From the NCBI GenBank assembly GCA_963810275.1, contig CAWENF010000019.1:155433-219432 (forward strand): 64,000 bases of DNA, given 5' to 3'. Under the pieces are notes generated by a model, which worked only from the letters and a program-made list of their open reading frames with translations, was not told the DNA's origin and searched no databases. Source of the DNA: an uncultured archaeon (GTDB lineage: Archaea; Thermoproteota; Bathyarchaeia; Bathyarchaeales; Bathycorpusculaceae). Each line of letters begins with the position of its first letter. Position 1 is the stretch's first letter. Below, in pieces: positions 1 to 9,946 of the stretch. Made by a program: the position numbers and the translations under genes.

Positions 1-158
1 GTTATAATTAATGGAAACTCCAAAGCAAACGCTACCGTAACTTACTGTTGCTATACCTGCACAGTAACAAGCGTTTATTAGGTATGACCTTGTCAGTGTA
101 GATTAGTCTTTTCGTTTTTCCATTTTTCAGGTCTCTTTTAAAAAGAGGGTGTGATTAA

Positions 159-2624
159 TCGAGCCAAGAAAACGTCACCACTGAGGAATCCAAAAAAACC
201 TCATCCGAAAAGCTCTTTGAAAAGCTTCAAAGCAAGCCAGAAGGGCTTTCTCAATCGGAAGCACAGCAAAGACTCCAAACCTATGGCTCCAACGAAATAA
301 CAGAAAAAAAAATCAGCCCCCTGAGAAAGTTCCTCGGCTACTTCTGGGGTCCGATTCCATGGATGATTGAAGCCGCCGTTGTGATGTCCGCAGTTATTCA
401 GCATTGGCCAGACTTCGGAATCATATTGATGCTGCTACTGCTAAACGCAGTAATCGGGTTCTGGCAGGAAAACAAAGCAGACAACGCCATAGAAATGCTA
501 AAACAGAAACTGGCGCCAAACGCAAAAGTGCTCCGGGATGGCAAATGGGTGCAGAAGCCCGCCAAGGAGCTTGTGCCAGGCGACATAGTACGAGTTCGGC
601 TCGGAGACATAATACCCGCAGACGTGAAACTGATAAAGGGCGACTACATTCAGCTTGACGAATCCGCCTTAACCGGTGAATCTTTACCTGTAGAGAAACA
701 CGAAGAAGATGTTGGTTACTCGGGGTCTATTGCTCGACAAGGCGAAATGGATGCCCTAGTCATCACTACCGGCATGAATACCTACTTTGGAAAAACCACC
801 AAACTTGTCGAGCAAGCTGGCACGGTAAGCCACTTCCAAAAGGCAGTCACAAAAATAGGTGACTACCTCATAGCTCTAGCGGGCGTAATCGTAGTTATAA
901 TCCTTGTTGTAAGCTTGTTTAGGGGGGAAAGCCTACTTTCAACCATCCAGTTTGCACTTGTTTTAACGGTTGCCGCAATCCCCGCAGCTCTACCCGCTGT
1001 CCTCTCAGTTACGCTGGCTTTGGGTGCAATAGCGTTATCAAAAAAAGAAGCCATTGTAAGCAAACTCGTAGCCATCGAGGAAATGGCAGGCGTTGATGTA
1101 CTATGTGCGGACAAAACTGGTACCATAACCAAAAACGAGTTAACTGTAGGCAAAATCCAGCCTCTTGAAAGTTTCACAGAAAAAGACGTTTTGCTGTTTG
1201 GTTTCTTGTCCTCGCGGGAAGAGGACCAAGATCCCATAGACACCGCTATCATAACTAAAAGCAAAGAAGCAAAGGAAGTCTCAAGTGCAGTTGACTCCTA
1301 TGAAATCGTCAAGTTTACGCCCTTTGACCCAGTACGGAAACGTACCGAAGCAGAAATCGAAGGCAAAGACGGAAAAACCTTTAAGGTATCCAAAGGAGCA
1401 CCTCAAGTTATTCTGTCCTTAACTACTGCCAGCAAAGATTCCATCTCCAGCAAAATCAGCCAGTACGTTGACGACTTTGCCTCAAACGGCTACCGCGCTT
1501 TAGGCGTAGCGCAAAACAATGGTGACACTTGGCGCTATGTGGGTTTGATTGCACTCTATGACCCGCCTCGTGAAGATTCCGCTGAAACTCTAAAAAACGC
1601 TGCTTCCATGGGCGTCAAAGTTAAGATGGTTACAGGTGATCACGAAGCAATAGGCAAAGAAATTGCAGGTCAAGTCGGTTTAGGTCGTAACGTACTGCCT
1701 GCCTCTGTTTTCCTGGATAAAAGCGACTTGGACGCTCAAGACGTAATCGAAAAGGCAGATGGATTTGCCGAGGTTTATCCCGAGCATAAATACCGCATAG
1801 TCAAGCTGCTCCAGAGCAAAGACCATATTGTGGGAATGACGGGCGACGGCGTAAATGATGCACCAGCATTAAAAGAAGCCGATGCGGGAATAGCTGTTGC
1901 AGGTGCCACGGACGCCGCTAAATCCGCCGCAGACATCGTTCTTACCAAACCTGGTTTGTCAGTCATAATTGATGCGTTGAAGCAGAGTCGACAGATTTTC
2001 CAAAGGATGAATAATTATTCAATCTATCGTATTACTGAAACCTTCAGGGTGCTGTTTTTTATTGCCATTACGATTCTAGTTTTTCAGTTCTTCCCCGTTA
2101 CCGCCCTTATGATCGTGCTATTAGCAATACTTAATGACCTGCCAATTATCACAATCGCATATGATAACGTTCTTTATTCGAATAAGCCTGAGAAGTGGAA
2201 TATGCGTGTCATTGTGGGCATGGCGACTTTTCTGGGGGTTCTGGGTGTAGTGGAGTCTTTTGCTTTATTTTATATTGGGTATCAGGTGCTGGGTTTGTCG
2301 CCTGTGGTTCTGCAGTCGTTTATGTATCTGAAGCTTTCAGTCGCAGGTCACTTAACGGTGTTTATGGCTCGAACTAAAGGTCACTTCTGGTCTGTACGAC
2401 CCGCCACGCCATTGCTGGTCGCGGTGATTTTAACTCAGCTTACAGCTACATTGATTACCGTCTATGGAATTTTGCTACCTGCTATGGGTTGGGCCCTGGC
2501 TGGACTTGTTTGGGGCGAAGCGCTGTTGGTTTTTGTAGTTATAGACTTCGCGAAAGTACGCTTCTATAAAGTGCTGGACCATAGCGGAGTTGACTTCAGC
2601 CATAAAACACCGCACAAAAAATAA
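159..2624 (+). CDS. Plasma-membrane-type proton-efflux P-type ATPase (type IIIA)
   Basis: Motifs TGES, DKTGTIT, KGAP, DPPR, MVTGD, TGDGVNDAPALK and ILND. The reading frame is open upstream of ATG363 back to TAA156-158 and encodes the typical GLSQSEAQQRLQTYGSNEI...KFLGYFWGPIPWM N-terminus, but the first codon is TCG, so the start is probably damaged by an indel. Confidence 0.93.
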   Translation, partial: SSQENVTTEESKKTSSEKLFEKLQSKPEGLSQSEAQQRLQTYGSNEITEKKISPLRKFLGYFWGPIPWMIEAAVVMSAVIQHWPDFGIILMLLLLNAVIGFWQENKADNAIEMLKQKLAPNAKVLRDGKWVQKPAKELVPGDIVRVRLGDIIPADVKLIKGDYIQLDESALTGESLPVEKHEEDVGYSGSIARQGEMDALVITTGMNTYFGKTTKLVEQAGTVSHFQKAVTKIGDYLIALAGVIVVIILVVSLFRGESLLSTIQFALVLTVAAIPAALPAVLSVTLALGAIALSKKEAIVSKLVAIEEMAGVDVLCADKTGTITKNELTVGKIQPLESFTEKDVLLFGFLSSREEDQDPIDTAIITKSKEAKEVSSAVDSYEIVKFTPFDPVRKRTEAEIEGKDGKTFKVSKGAPQVILSLTTASKDSISSKISQYVDDFASNGYRALGVAQNNGDTWRYVGLIALYDPPREDSAETLKNAASMGVKVKMVTGDHEAIGKEIAGQVGLGRNVLPASVFLDKSDLDAQDVIEKADGFAEVYPEHKYRIVKLLQSKDHIVGMTGDGVNDAPALKEADAGIAVAGATDAAKSAADIVLTKPGLSVIIDALKQSRQIFQRMNNYSIYRITETFRVLFFIAITILVFQFFPVTALMIVLLAILNDLPIITIAYDNVLYSNKPEKWNMRVIVGMATFLGVLGVVESFALFYIGYQVLGLSPVVLQSFMYLKLSVAGHLTVFMARTKGHFWSVRPATPLLVAVILTQLTATLITVYGILLPAMGWALAGLVWGEALLVFVVIDFAKVRFYKVLDHSGVDFSHKTPHKK

Positions 2625-2791
2625 TCTGCAAAACCTTTGCCCAAATCTAACCGATATAAGTAAAAGTTGGATTTCTGTTTTGGTAGCCCGATCGCGCTGT
2701 CAAACCTTTGGTAAATTGAAGTATGCGGTAAACATTTTTTTATCCTAACTGATAACAAAGAAAAAAGCCCAAATTGAATAGGCAGAGCAAA

Positions 2792-3698
2792 TTATGCGCA
2801 AGCATCTCGGCCCTTTTTATTCTGGGGAAGCGTTAAGTTTTTGTCGCCTGTTAAATCTTTTTCGAGGATGGCTGCGCGAGCAGCGACTTTTTTAGCTTCC
2901 GCATTAATTTCAGGATTTTCCATCTCACCCTTACGTTTCTCATTAGACTCCAAAATCAACCGCAGCATGTCCGAATCATAGTTTTTTAGTAATAGCTTAG
3001 TGTTAGGAATTAAACAGTGGCCGCCGATGACTCCAGGAAACATAATCGGCCGATCAAGACGTTGCCGGTGCGTATCTTCTAGAAAATCCAGTGAATCATT
3101 AAAGTCGGTACCGAATTTACGGCTTATACGGTGCATTTCCTGAAAGCATATAATCATCCAAGCGCGGTAAGTGGTCTCAAAAAGTTTCGCCAACTCGGTT
3201 TCGGTGCAGCCTTTGAGCACTTTAACCGTTAAGCCAAGTTTTTTAAAATGCGATTTCGCCGCTTCTGATGCTTCATTCGTTGCTCCACCTACGTATTTAG
3301 GCCAACGCTTCATCTCCCACAACATATGCTCAGCATTAATGTGTACACCGCGAGAAGGCGAATGAACAACAAAACAAAAGCTGCAATGTTCTGCGACTTT
3401 TAGTGTAGTTCCAGGCGGAACTGTGCTGTTATTTACAACCAGTTTAGGCGTATACTGTTTGGTGTAGTCAACAACAATCTGCGTAAAACGTTCAGGGTTG
3501 CCGCATGGCAGGCAAACTTGCAGAACATCCACTTGACTAGGTAAAGCATCTTTTAATTGGTTAAGCTCCATCATTTTAGCCTCATCCACATCCAAACCGT
3601 AAACCGAAAACTCCGCTAGTTTTTTCTTTGTACAGCGTGAAAAGAGTGTGTCCAATTTCGCCTAACCCAACAACCAGCACAGATTCCTTTTTTGCCAA
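2792..3698 (-). CDS. Short UDP-glucose/GDP-mannose dehydrogenase family protein (5' frameshift)
   Basis: ELAKLFETTYR and IGGHCLIPN motifs. The Rossmann motif VLVVGLGEIG is encoded from TTG3698 in another frame, with the shift in the A-run near 3620-3630. Confidence 0.8.
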
Positions 3699-3772
3699 AC
3701 AGTATGCCTCCCAGACTGCAAAGAATTCAGAAGTGTTAAACTATTTAAATCTGGAGTCAACAAAAGAAAAGT

Positions 3773-4285
3773 ATGCAAACTTCTAAACGCGGCGTCGGAA
3801 TTGTACGAGGCAGAAACATCCAAGTTGGAGAAGGCTGTGCTATTTGGAACTATGTGGTTATCGGCGACAACGCCAAAATAGGAGATGGCTGCATAATTGG
3901 CAGTTTTGTGGATCTTGGTAAAGATGTGGTTTTAGGCAGAAACTGCAACATACAGGCGCACGTAACCATCTCTAACGGTTGCGTGCTTGGTGACAACGTC
4001 TTTATTGCTCCCAACAGCAGTCTTTTAAACGACAAGTACCCTAAAAGCAGCTTAATGACGCCCCCAAAAATCATGGATGGAGCAGCCATAGGCGGCGGAG
4101 TAACTATTCTGCCCAATGTTATAGTTGGGGAGAAAGCGGTCGTCGGCGGTGGAAGCGTAGTCGCTAAAAACGTGCCTGCCAGAACAGTCGTAGCGGGATG
4201 TCCAGCAAAAAAAGTTATGACGCTCGAAGAGTTTATGATAAAACGTGAAGATTTTTTAGCCGTGAAACTGCGGGAACGGCAATGA
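3773..4285 (+). CDS. Hexapeptide-repeat (left-handed beta-helix) sugar N-acetyltransferase, WbpD-like
   Basis: Repeated [LIV]GxxxxI hexapeptides, LNDKYP motif, GGGSVVAKNVP...VAGCPA C-terminus. Confidence 0.85.
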   Translation: MQTSKRGVGIVRGRNIQVGEGCAIWNYVVIGDNAKIGDGCIIGSFVDLGKDVVLGRNCNIQAHVTISNGCVLGDNVFIAPNSSLLNDKYPKSSLMTPPKIMDGAAIGGGVTILPNVIVGEKAVVGGGSVVAKNVPARTVVAGCPAKKVMTLEEFMIKREDFLAVKLRERQ

Positions 4286-5262
4286 AGGTCTGGTATGATG
4301 CCTGCACGGGCAAACACACTCGCTACGGTTCAGCAATCGGCAAAAAAATCCGTGGGCTAGGACATGAATTCATCTTAACAACCCGCGAGCATCCGGATAC
4401 TTTGCCGCTTATGAAAATTCTGGGTGAGAAACCAGTGGTCGTTGGAAAATACGATCCAACAACCAACACATCACGACTCAAAGAAAGTGCACAACGCATA
4501 ATCGAATTTGCCGACTTATTTGCGAAAAAAGGCAAACCCGACATAGCCATAGCTCATCAATCAGTTGAGTTATGCAGAGTCGCCTTTGGGCTGAGAATAC
4601 CTATCATTTTAACGGCTGACACACCACACGCTTTTGAGGTGAATAGGTTAACAATACCTTTTGCCCACACCATGGTCGTATCAGAGGGGCTGCCCAGGAG
4701 CTTCACGAAAACATATGCAGCCAAAAAAACCGTCACATTTAGGGGCATAGACGAAGCAGCATGGATACAGGGATTCAAATCAGCCAAAGTAAAATCCAAA
4801 AAACCTCTAATTGTGCTACGACAAATCGAAACCAAAGCTTCCTATGCTATAGGTAAAACTGACAGCGCAAAAACCTTAAGCGAGAAACTCGCTGAACTTG
4901 GAGAAGTGCATGTGCTGGAACGTTACAACTTGACAGGCAGAGAATTCGCTGAGAAACCAGCCTTTGAGGACTCAGCCAGCCTCATAGCCAACGCCGCCTT
5001 AGTAATAAGCTATGGCGGAACAATCTCTCGCGAAGCTGCATTACAGGGTGTACCCAGCATCGCCGTAAGCGACATGGCTAAAACCCCCGTTAATCGCTAC
5101 ACAGCTAAACTGGGTTTCCCTCTCTTCATAACCTCAGAACAGAGGGTAATGGAACTTGCTAAGCGGTACTTAGGAAAAAGGTTTGATGTTGCAGACAAGT
5201 TGGTAGCGATGGAAAACCCTGTAAAAGTCATTGCTGACATAGCAGATAAACTCGAAGCCTAA
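4282..5262 (+). CDS. DUF354-family GT-B fold protein
   Basis: MKVWYDACTGKH start and GGTISREAALQGVPSI motif; overlaps the upstream acetyltransferase by 4 nt. Confidence 0.75.
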   Translation: MKVWYDACTGKHTRYGSAIGKKIRGLGHEFILTTREHPDTLPLMKILGEKPVVVGKYDPTTNTSRLKESAQRIIEFADLFAKKGKPDIAIAHQSVELCRVAFGLRIPIILTADTPHAFEVNRLTIPFAHTMVVSEGLPRSFTKTYAAKKTVTFRGIDEAAWIQGFKSAKVKSKKPLIVLRQIETKASYAIGKTDSAKTLSEKLAELGEVHVLERYNLTGREFAEKPAFEDSASLIANAALVISYGGTISREAALQGVPSIAVSDMAKTPVNRYTAKLGFPLFITSEQRVMELAKRYLGKRFDVADKLVAMENPVKVIADIADKLEA

Positions 5263-6047
5263 ACAGGCACAACTTCGATATGATCACCAGAGTTCAAGCT
5301 GTATTTCTCTGCGAAGCTGCCTCGGTTAAGTGCTATCTCCAAAAAACCGCTGCTTCCAAAAAGTAACACTTCCTCTTTGATTTTGGTTTCGGAGTACGTC
5401 TTTGTTAAAGGTAATTGAAGCGAGACATCGTGAAAAGCAATCGTAACGGACGTCGCTTCGTCTAAGTCTTTTCGGGTTAGGTTTGTGATTACGTTTCCGA
5501 AGCCGTCAACGTGAAGCACTTCACCGTTTAGGATGCTGTTTTTTGTTTCTACTTTGACGAATTTGGGGGTGACGGGGTCGGTGATTTCCTCGCCGAACAT
5601 GCGGGGCTCAACGTCCAAGGACAGATGGGCTGCTGCCGGAGCGAAGATATCTCTGCCGTGGAAGGTACTTGAAACATGTGGCATCATGAATTTTGGGTTC
5701 TCTAACTCGTAGATTTGCTCAATGCCTTGCGCTTGTGCTGCTAGCATCAAGACGCCATTGTCGGGACCCACAAAACATGCCCGTTTCGTCTGTACCACGA
5801 TGGCTCGCCTGCTGGTTCCTACTCCCGGGTCCACCACTGCCACATGCACCACTTCATTTGGGAAATAGGGTGCAACTGAGGCAAGCATATATGCGCCCAT
5901 ACGTACGCTGAACTTGTCCAATTCATGAGCGATGTCGACAATTTGGGCATGAGAATTAATCGAAAGAATAACGCCCTTCATTTCGGCAACATATGGATCT
6001 TTTAACCCAAAATCGGTGGTTAACGTTATCATGGGCTTAGCCGCCAT
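5259..6047 (-). CDS. SAM hydroxide adenosyltransferase (DUF62, SAM hydrolase/halogenase family)
   Basis: ITLTTDFG, VVDPGVG, GPDNG, STFHGRDIFAP and DGFGNVITN motifs. Confidence 0.93.
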   Translation of the reverse strand: MAAKPMITLTTDFGLKDPYVAEMKGVILSINSHAQIVDIAHELDKFSVRMGAYMLASVAPYFPNEVVHVAVVDPGVGTSRRAIVVQTKRACFVGPDNGVLMLAAQAQGIEQIYELENPKFMMPHVSSTFHGRDIFAPAAAHLSLDVEPRMFGEEITDPVTPKFVKVETKNSILNGEVLHVDGFGNVITNLTRKDLDEATSVTIAFHDVSLQLPLTKTYSETKIKEEVLLFGSSGFLEIALNRGSFAEKYSLNSGDHIEVVPV

Positions 6048-6321
6048 GGACTACAGGAACAAAAACAACTTCATCACCATCGCAGACCGCCGTATCGTAG
6101 CCTTCCAGTACATTGATTTCTCTGCCGTTTAGTAGCACAAGCGAGTTTGAGCGTGAGTCGTTTAGTTCAGAATCGCAGAAAGTATGTTTTAACGCTGGAA
6201 TTTCGGTACCCAATGCAAAAACCACATCTTTGACCGTGAAACCTTCGACGTAGTCTACTGTTAGCTCTTTTTTGCCTGACATATGTCGCAAGGCGCCGAC
6301 CAACTTGATTTTAACAACCAT
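6037..6321 (-). CDS. Ubiquitin-like sulfur carrier / SAMP (MoaD/ThiS family)
   Basis: 94 aa beta-grasp pattern with VLLNGREI, DGDEVVFVP and a C-terminal diglycine (VHGG). Confidence 0.9.
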   Translation of the reverse strand: MVVKIKLVGALRHMSGKKELTVDYVEGFTVKDVVFALGTEIPALKHTFCDSELNDSRSNSLVLLNGREINVLEGYDTAVCDGDEVVFVPVVHGG

Positions 6322-6338
6322 GCTTATCCAAAGAATAG

Positions 6339-7721
6339 TTAGAGAACGATGATTAAAGATATATCGTTAACGTTTGTGCCTGTTTGCCCTGTGAAAATCA
6401 AATCGCCGAGGTGCCTAAAAAAGTGATAAGCGTCATTGTCAGCAAGGTAGTATTTGCCCTCTATATCCAAGGCGGCGGCATGTTTTAGTGTGGATTCGTC
6501 CGTGATTGCTCCAGCAGCGTCTGTTGGGCCGTCCACTCCATCTGTGTCCAAAGAAGCTACCACCACTGCGCAGTCGCCTTTTCTATGAAGCTTCAACGCC
6601 GCCGATAGAACAAGCTCTTGGTTTCTTCCACCAATACCTTTGCCAGTGACCTCCACAGTTGTTTCTCCCCCAATTAGAACCGCTGCAGGTTTGGACACGG
6701 GGTTGCCTGAAGTTTGGATTTCGTTGGCGATGGATGCGAGTTGTGTGCCGATGCATTTTGCTTCACCCTCCAAAGTGCATGACAACAGAATAGAGTTAAT
6801 GCCGTGTGTTTTGAGGTACTGATGCGCCGCCGAGCTTGCTGTGCGATTGTTACCCACAACGAAAGTGTAAACTTTTCTGAAAGCCTCATCGTTTAGTTTT
6901 GGAGTCTCCGCTATGTGGCCCTGCTCGCCGTCAGAAATTATTTTCTTCACTGCTTCAGACACGTGATTCCATAGCGCATACTTTGACAGTACCATATGGG
7001 CGTCACTGAAAGTCGACGAGTCGGCTAATGAGGGGCCGGAAGCAATCACATCCAGTGGATCATTCACCACATCAGATAGTATGAGGTTTAGGACTGTGGC
7101 GGGATAAGCGGTTTTAGCCAGCCAGCCGCCTTTGAAGCTGGAGAGGTGTTTGCGAACAGCGTTGACCTCGTTAATTGTTGCTCCGCTTTTGAGCAACCTT
7201 GAGGTGAGCTGTTGCTTGTCCTGAAGCGAGAGATTTTCTCTTGGGCAAACCATCAGGCTGGAGCCACCGCCGGAAATAAGGCAGATCACCAGGTCATCTG
7301 CTTCGGCTTTCTCCGCAATTTTAAGTATTTTTTTTGTGCCTTCTACACCTGACTCGTCGGGCAGCGGATGTTTTGCTTCATGAAGCTCAATTATGCGAGT
7401 GGACGCTTCTGTGCCGTAGGGAACGTTAACTGTGCCCTCTGAGATGCGGTCGCCCATAACTTGCTCTAGCGCTTCAGCCATCGCCCCCGTCGCTTTGCCG
7501 CCACCCACAACGTACACATTCTGGACCTTGGTAAGGTCAAAGACGTGGTCGCCTACTATTAACAAGTCGCCTCTTTAGGCGAGTTTTTGGGTAACGATTT
7601 TTTTGGGGTCCACGGCGTTAACTGCGTATTCAAGGCAGTCAAGGGCTAGTTGGCGTGCTTTTTGGGTTAAGGAGTTTTCTCCTTTTTCAACCAGTTCAGT
7701 TTTGTTTTTTATTGCGACCAT
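6339..7721 (-). CDS. Glycerate 2-kinase (MOFRL family), interrupted by one in-frame TAA
   Basis: GGGKA, HPLPD, LISGGGSSL, IASGP, GGETTV, GGRNQE, DGVDGPTDAAGA and TGTNVND motifs. ATG7721 is in frame with ORF 6339..7565 except for TAA at 7575-7577. Confidence 0.88.
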
Positions 7722-7866
7722 GGAGCAAACCTGTGTTGAGATTGCTTGTCTATTTTTAGGGTTGAGTGAATAAATGATTTTGCAGAAAAGAGGAGTTAAC
7801 TTTCGCTAGGATAAAATGAAAGTGAAAAAAACAGAAGTTGTAAAACTAAAATGTCGGGTGAATAAA

Positions 7867-8247
7867 TTAGTTTAAGCTGTCGAGTTTTTCCTGTGTCAAC
7901 GTTTCCACAATGTCAGTGGCAACGTTAACAATAGAATCCGCCTGCTTCATCATGACGTCTCCGTTAACTTCCTCTATCTGATTAATCTGTTGCACGATAG
8001 TTTCTACTTCCATCAGAAACTTCAAAACAGAGTCGTTAGTTTGGGGGGTTTTGGCGATTTCTTCGCGGATTAGCACTTCAATGAATGCAGGTTCACCTAA
8101 GCTATAGTAGATGGCGTTTCGAGCTTTTCGTATAGCTTCCAAAACCAGACTTGGCGCCATGTAAGGGATTTTGCGTGCAGCTTCCAGTTCGGCTTTTGCT
8201 TCACGCAGGTATCTTAACGCCCAGCCTTTTCGGTACTCGTCCATCAT
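7867..8247 (-). CDS. Hypothetical helical protein, HEPN-like N-terminus
   Basis: 126 aa ORF 5 nt downstream of rps17e. WALRYLREAKAELEAA...LEAIRKA resembles the first HEPN helices. Confidence 0.6.
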   Translation of the reverse strand: MMDEYRKGWALRYLREAKAELEAARKIPYMAPSLVLEAIRKARNAIYYSLGEPAFIEVLIREEIAKTPQTNDSVLKFLMEVETIVQQINQIEEVNGDVMMKQADSIVNVATDIVETLTQEKLDSLN

Positions 8248-8252
8248 GTCAT

Positions 8253-8477
8253 TTACTCGGCGATTTCTTCCTCTTCCATACCTGAACTGGTTTGAGCTAG
8301 TGCTTTGGTGCGGGTGATGTAGCCTGCGACTTTGTTGCGGACACGTGTGGTGGTGCCTCTGGTGACTTCGTCAACGGTACGTTTGTTTTCGTCGAAGTTC
8401 GTATTGAATTTGTCTGGAAAGCGTGTCATGAGGTCTTTGCCCAAGTGCTTTATCTGTTCAGTCTTTACTTTTCCCAA
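8253..8477 (-). CDS. rps17e: 30S ribosomal protein S17e
   Basis: GKVKTEQIK...FNTNFDENK...RVRNKVAGYITR; TTG start at 8477 after GGAGG. Confidence 0.95.
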   Translation of the reverse strand: MGKVKTEQIKHLGKDLMTRFPDKFNTNFDENKRTVDEVTRGTTTRVRNKVAGYITRTKALAQTSSGMEEEEIAE

Positions 8478-8624
8478 TTTGTTTCCTCCAGTTTTAACGG
8501 GATAATTTTTCTCCGACACAAACAACGTCGAAGTAACTCAGAATAGAAGATAGGCGTAATTTAAGGTTGCGCTTCCGATATGTAAACCATTCAGGCTGCC
8601 CGTTAAAGGTGCCTAAAAAATTGG

Positions 8625-9398
8625 CTAGGGGAGTTTTATGTTAAAGAATGTTTCAAAGTTTTGGGCGATTTGATTAGCCGTGTTCTCCATTGACAACTTT
8701 TTGATTTCTGCTATGGCGGCAACGACGTGGTGGATGTGGGAGGGTTTGGTAAGTTGTCCGCAGTAGGGTTTTTTGTAGTATTTCACGGGACCGTCTGTTT
8801 CGGTCATTATGTTGGTTATCGGGGTTTTGTCGATTACTTCTCGTATGCCGGCGGAGTAGGTGGCGGGTGGACCTTCAGTTATGTAGTAGCCGTTATCTAA
8901 TGCTTTTGCCAAAGCCTCAAGAGGGTGGCTAAACCAGTGTAGGAGCACCTTGTTGAGACGATAGCTGGGCAACATTTCGACAACTTTGTCGGTTGTCCCC
9001 CTTGAGTGGATTATAACTGGCAAGTCTAACGATTCGGCTAAGTGAAGCATTTTGTCAAAAACCATCATCTGCTGTTCCCATATCGTTGCGTACTTGTAGT
9101 CTAAGCCTATTTCACCTATGGCTTTCACGATTCCCCTTTGGGATTTGATATACTGGATAGTTTGGTCAAGTTCGTTCTCGGCGAGGTAGTTGACGTTCCA
9201 TGGATGGATGCCTAGCGCGGGGTAGATTAGATCTGGGTAGTTTTTACTGATTTCGATGTCGTTTTGGCAGGTTTTGAGGTTCAAGGAGTTGGTGATCATT
9301 GCTGCAATGTCGGCTTGTTTTGCGTCTGCAACTAATTCAGGTATGTGTTCTTGGTATTCTGTGTCTGAGAAGTGGACGTGAGCGTCGATTAGTTTCAT
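8625..9398 (-). CDS. tatD: TatD-family deoxyribonuclease
   Basis: IDAHVH, GIHPW, IGEIGLDY, IHSR, LHWF and ETDGP motifs. Confidence 0.93.
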   Translation of the reverse strand: MKLIDAHVHFSDTEYQEHIPELVADAKQADIAAMITNSLNLKTCQNDIEISKNYPDLIYPALGIHPWNVNYLAENELDQTIQYIKSQRGIVKAIGEIGLDYKYATIWEQQMMVFDKMLHLAESLDLPVIIHSRGTTDKVVEMLPSYRLNKVLLHWFSHPLEALAKALDNGYYITEGPPATYSAGIREVIDKTPITNIMTETDGPVKYYKKPYCGQLTKPSHIHHVVAAIAEIKKLSMENTANQIAQNFETFFNIKLP

Positions 9399-9483
9399 TT
9401 TTCTCGGGTTATATTTTGGGGTGGTGGTTTTAAAATTTTCTTGTCCTTGACAGACTTGAGGTGATTTGACGTAAAAAACGATA

Positions 9484-9498
9484 ACAAAGGTTAAATAT
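9484..9498 (+). promoter_or_regulatory. Putative BRE/TATA box of the histone gene
   Basis: acaaaggTTAAATAT about 40 nt upstream of ATG9536. Confidence 0.5.
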
Positions 9499-9535
9499 AG
9501 CTTTAATTAGAAAAAGAAGCTGAAGAGATGTCGAA

Positions 9536-9757
9536 ATGACGGAATTAGAAATAGCTGTAGCTCCCATGCACAGATTATGCAAGAAAGCAGGCGCTGACAG
9601 AGTAAGCGAAGCAGCAGCAAAAGAACTCGCAAAGGCACTAGAAGAGATCGGCGTAAAGATCGCTAAAGAAGCACTAGACTTCGCGATGCATGCTGGAAGA
9701 AAAACTATCAAAGCGGAAGATATTGAGATAGCCGCGAAAAAAGTCATGGGAAAATAA
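9536..9757 (+). CDS. Archaeal histone (HMf family)
   Basis: [19 protein letters not shown]...[12 protein letters not shown] histone-fold signature. Confidence 0.96.
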   Translation: MTELEIAVAPMHRLCKKAGADRVSEAAAKELAKALEEIGVKIAKEALDFAMHAGRKTIKAEDIEIAAKKVMGK

Positions 9758-9946
9758 AAAAGAAGGTTAACAAACTTCACTATTTCCCTCTTTCTTCTTT
9801 TTTAAATACGCTCTTTTTGTTTTTGTTGCATTGTAAGAATTATCTGACTTAGACCTATTTTGAGGAGGGTTTTGGTAATATATCTGGCATACGCTCCTCT
9901 ATCTGTAAATCTTAGGTTTGCTCTTCAGTTGAACTGAAGTTGGAGT

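Noticed and set aside
7575-7577. Stop-codon recoding (Sec/Pyl) in glycerate kinase
   Set aside because: The codon is TAA, not TGA or TAG, and lies in a non-catalytic region; error or nonsense mutation is more likely.
9430-9780. 116-aa minus-strand ORF
   Set aside because: Antisense shadow of the histone gene; the other short ORFs nested in long genes were rejected for the same reason.
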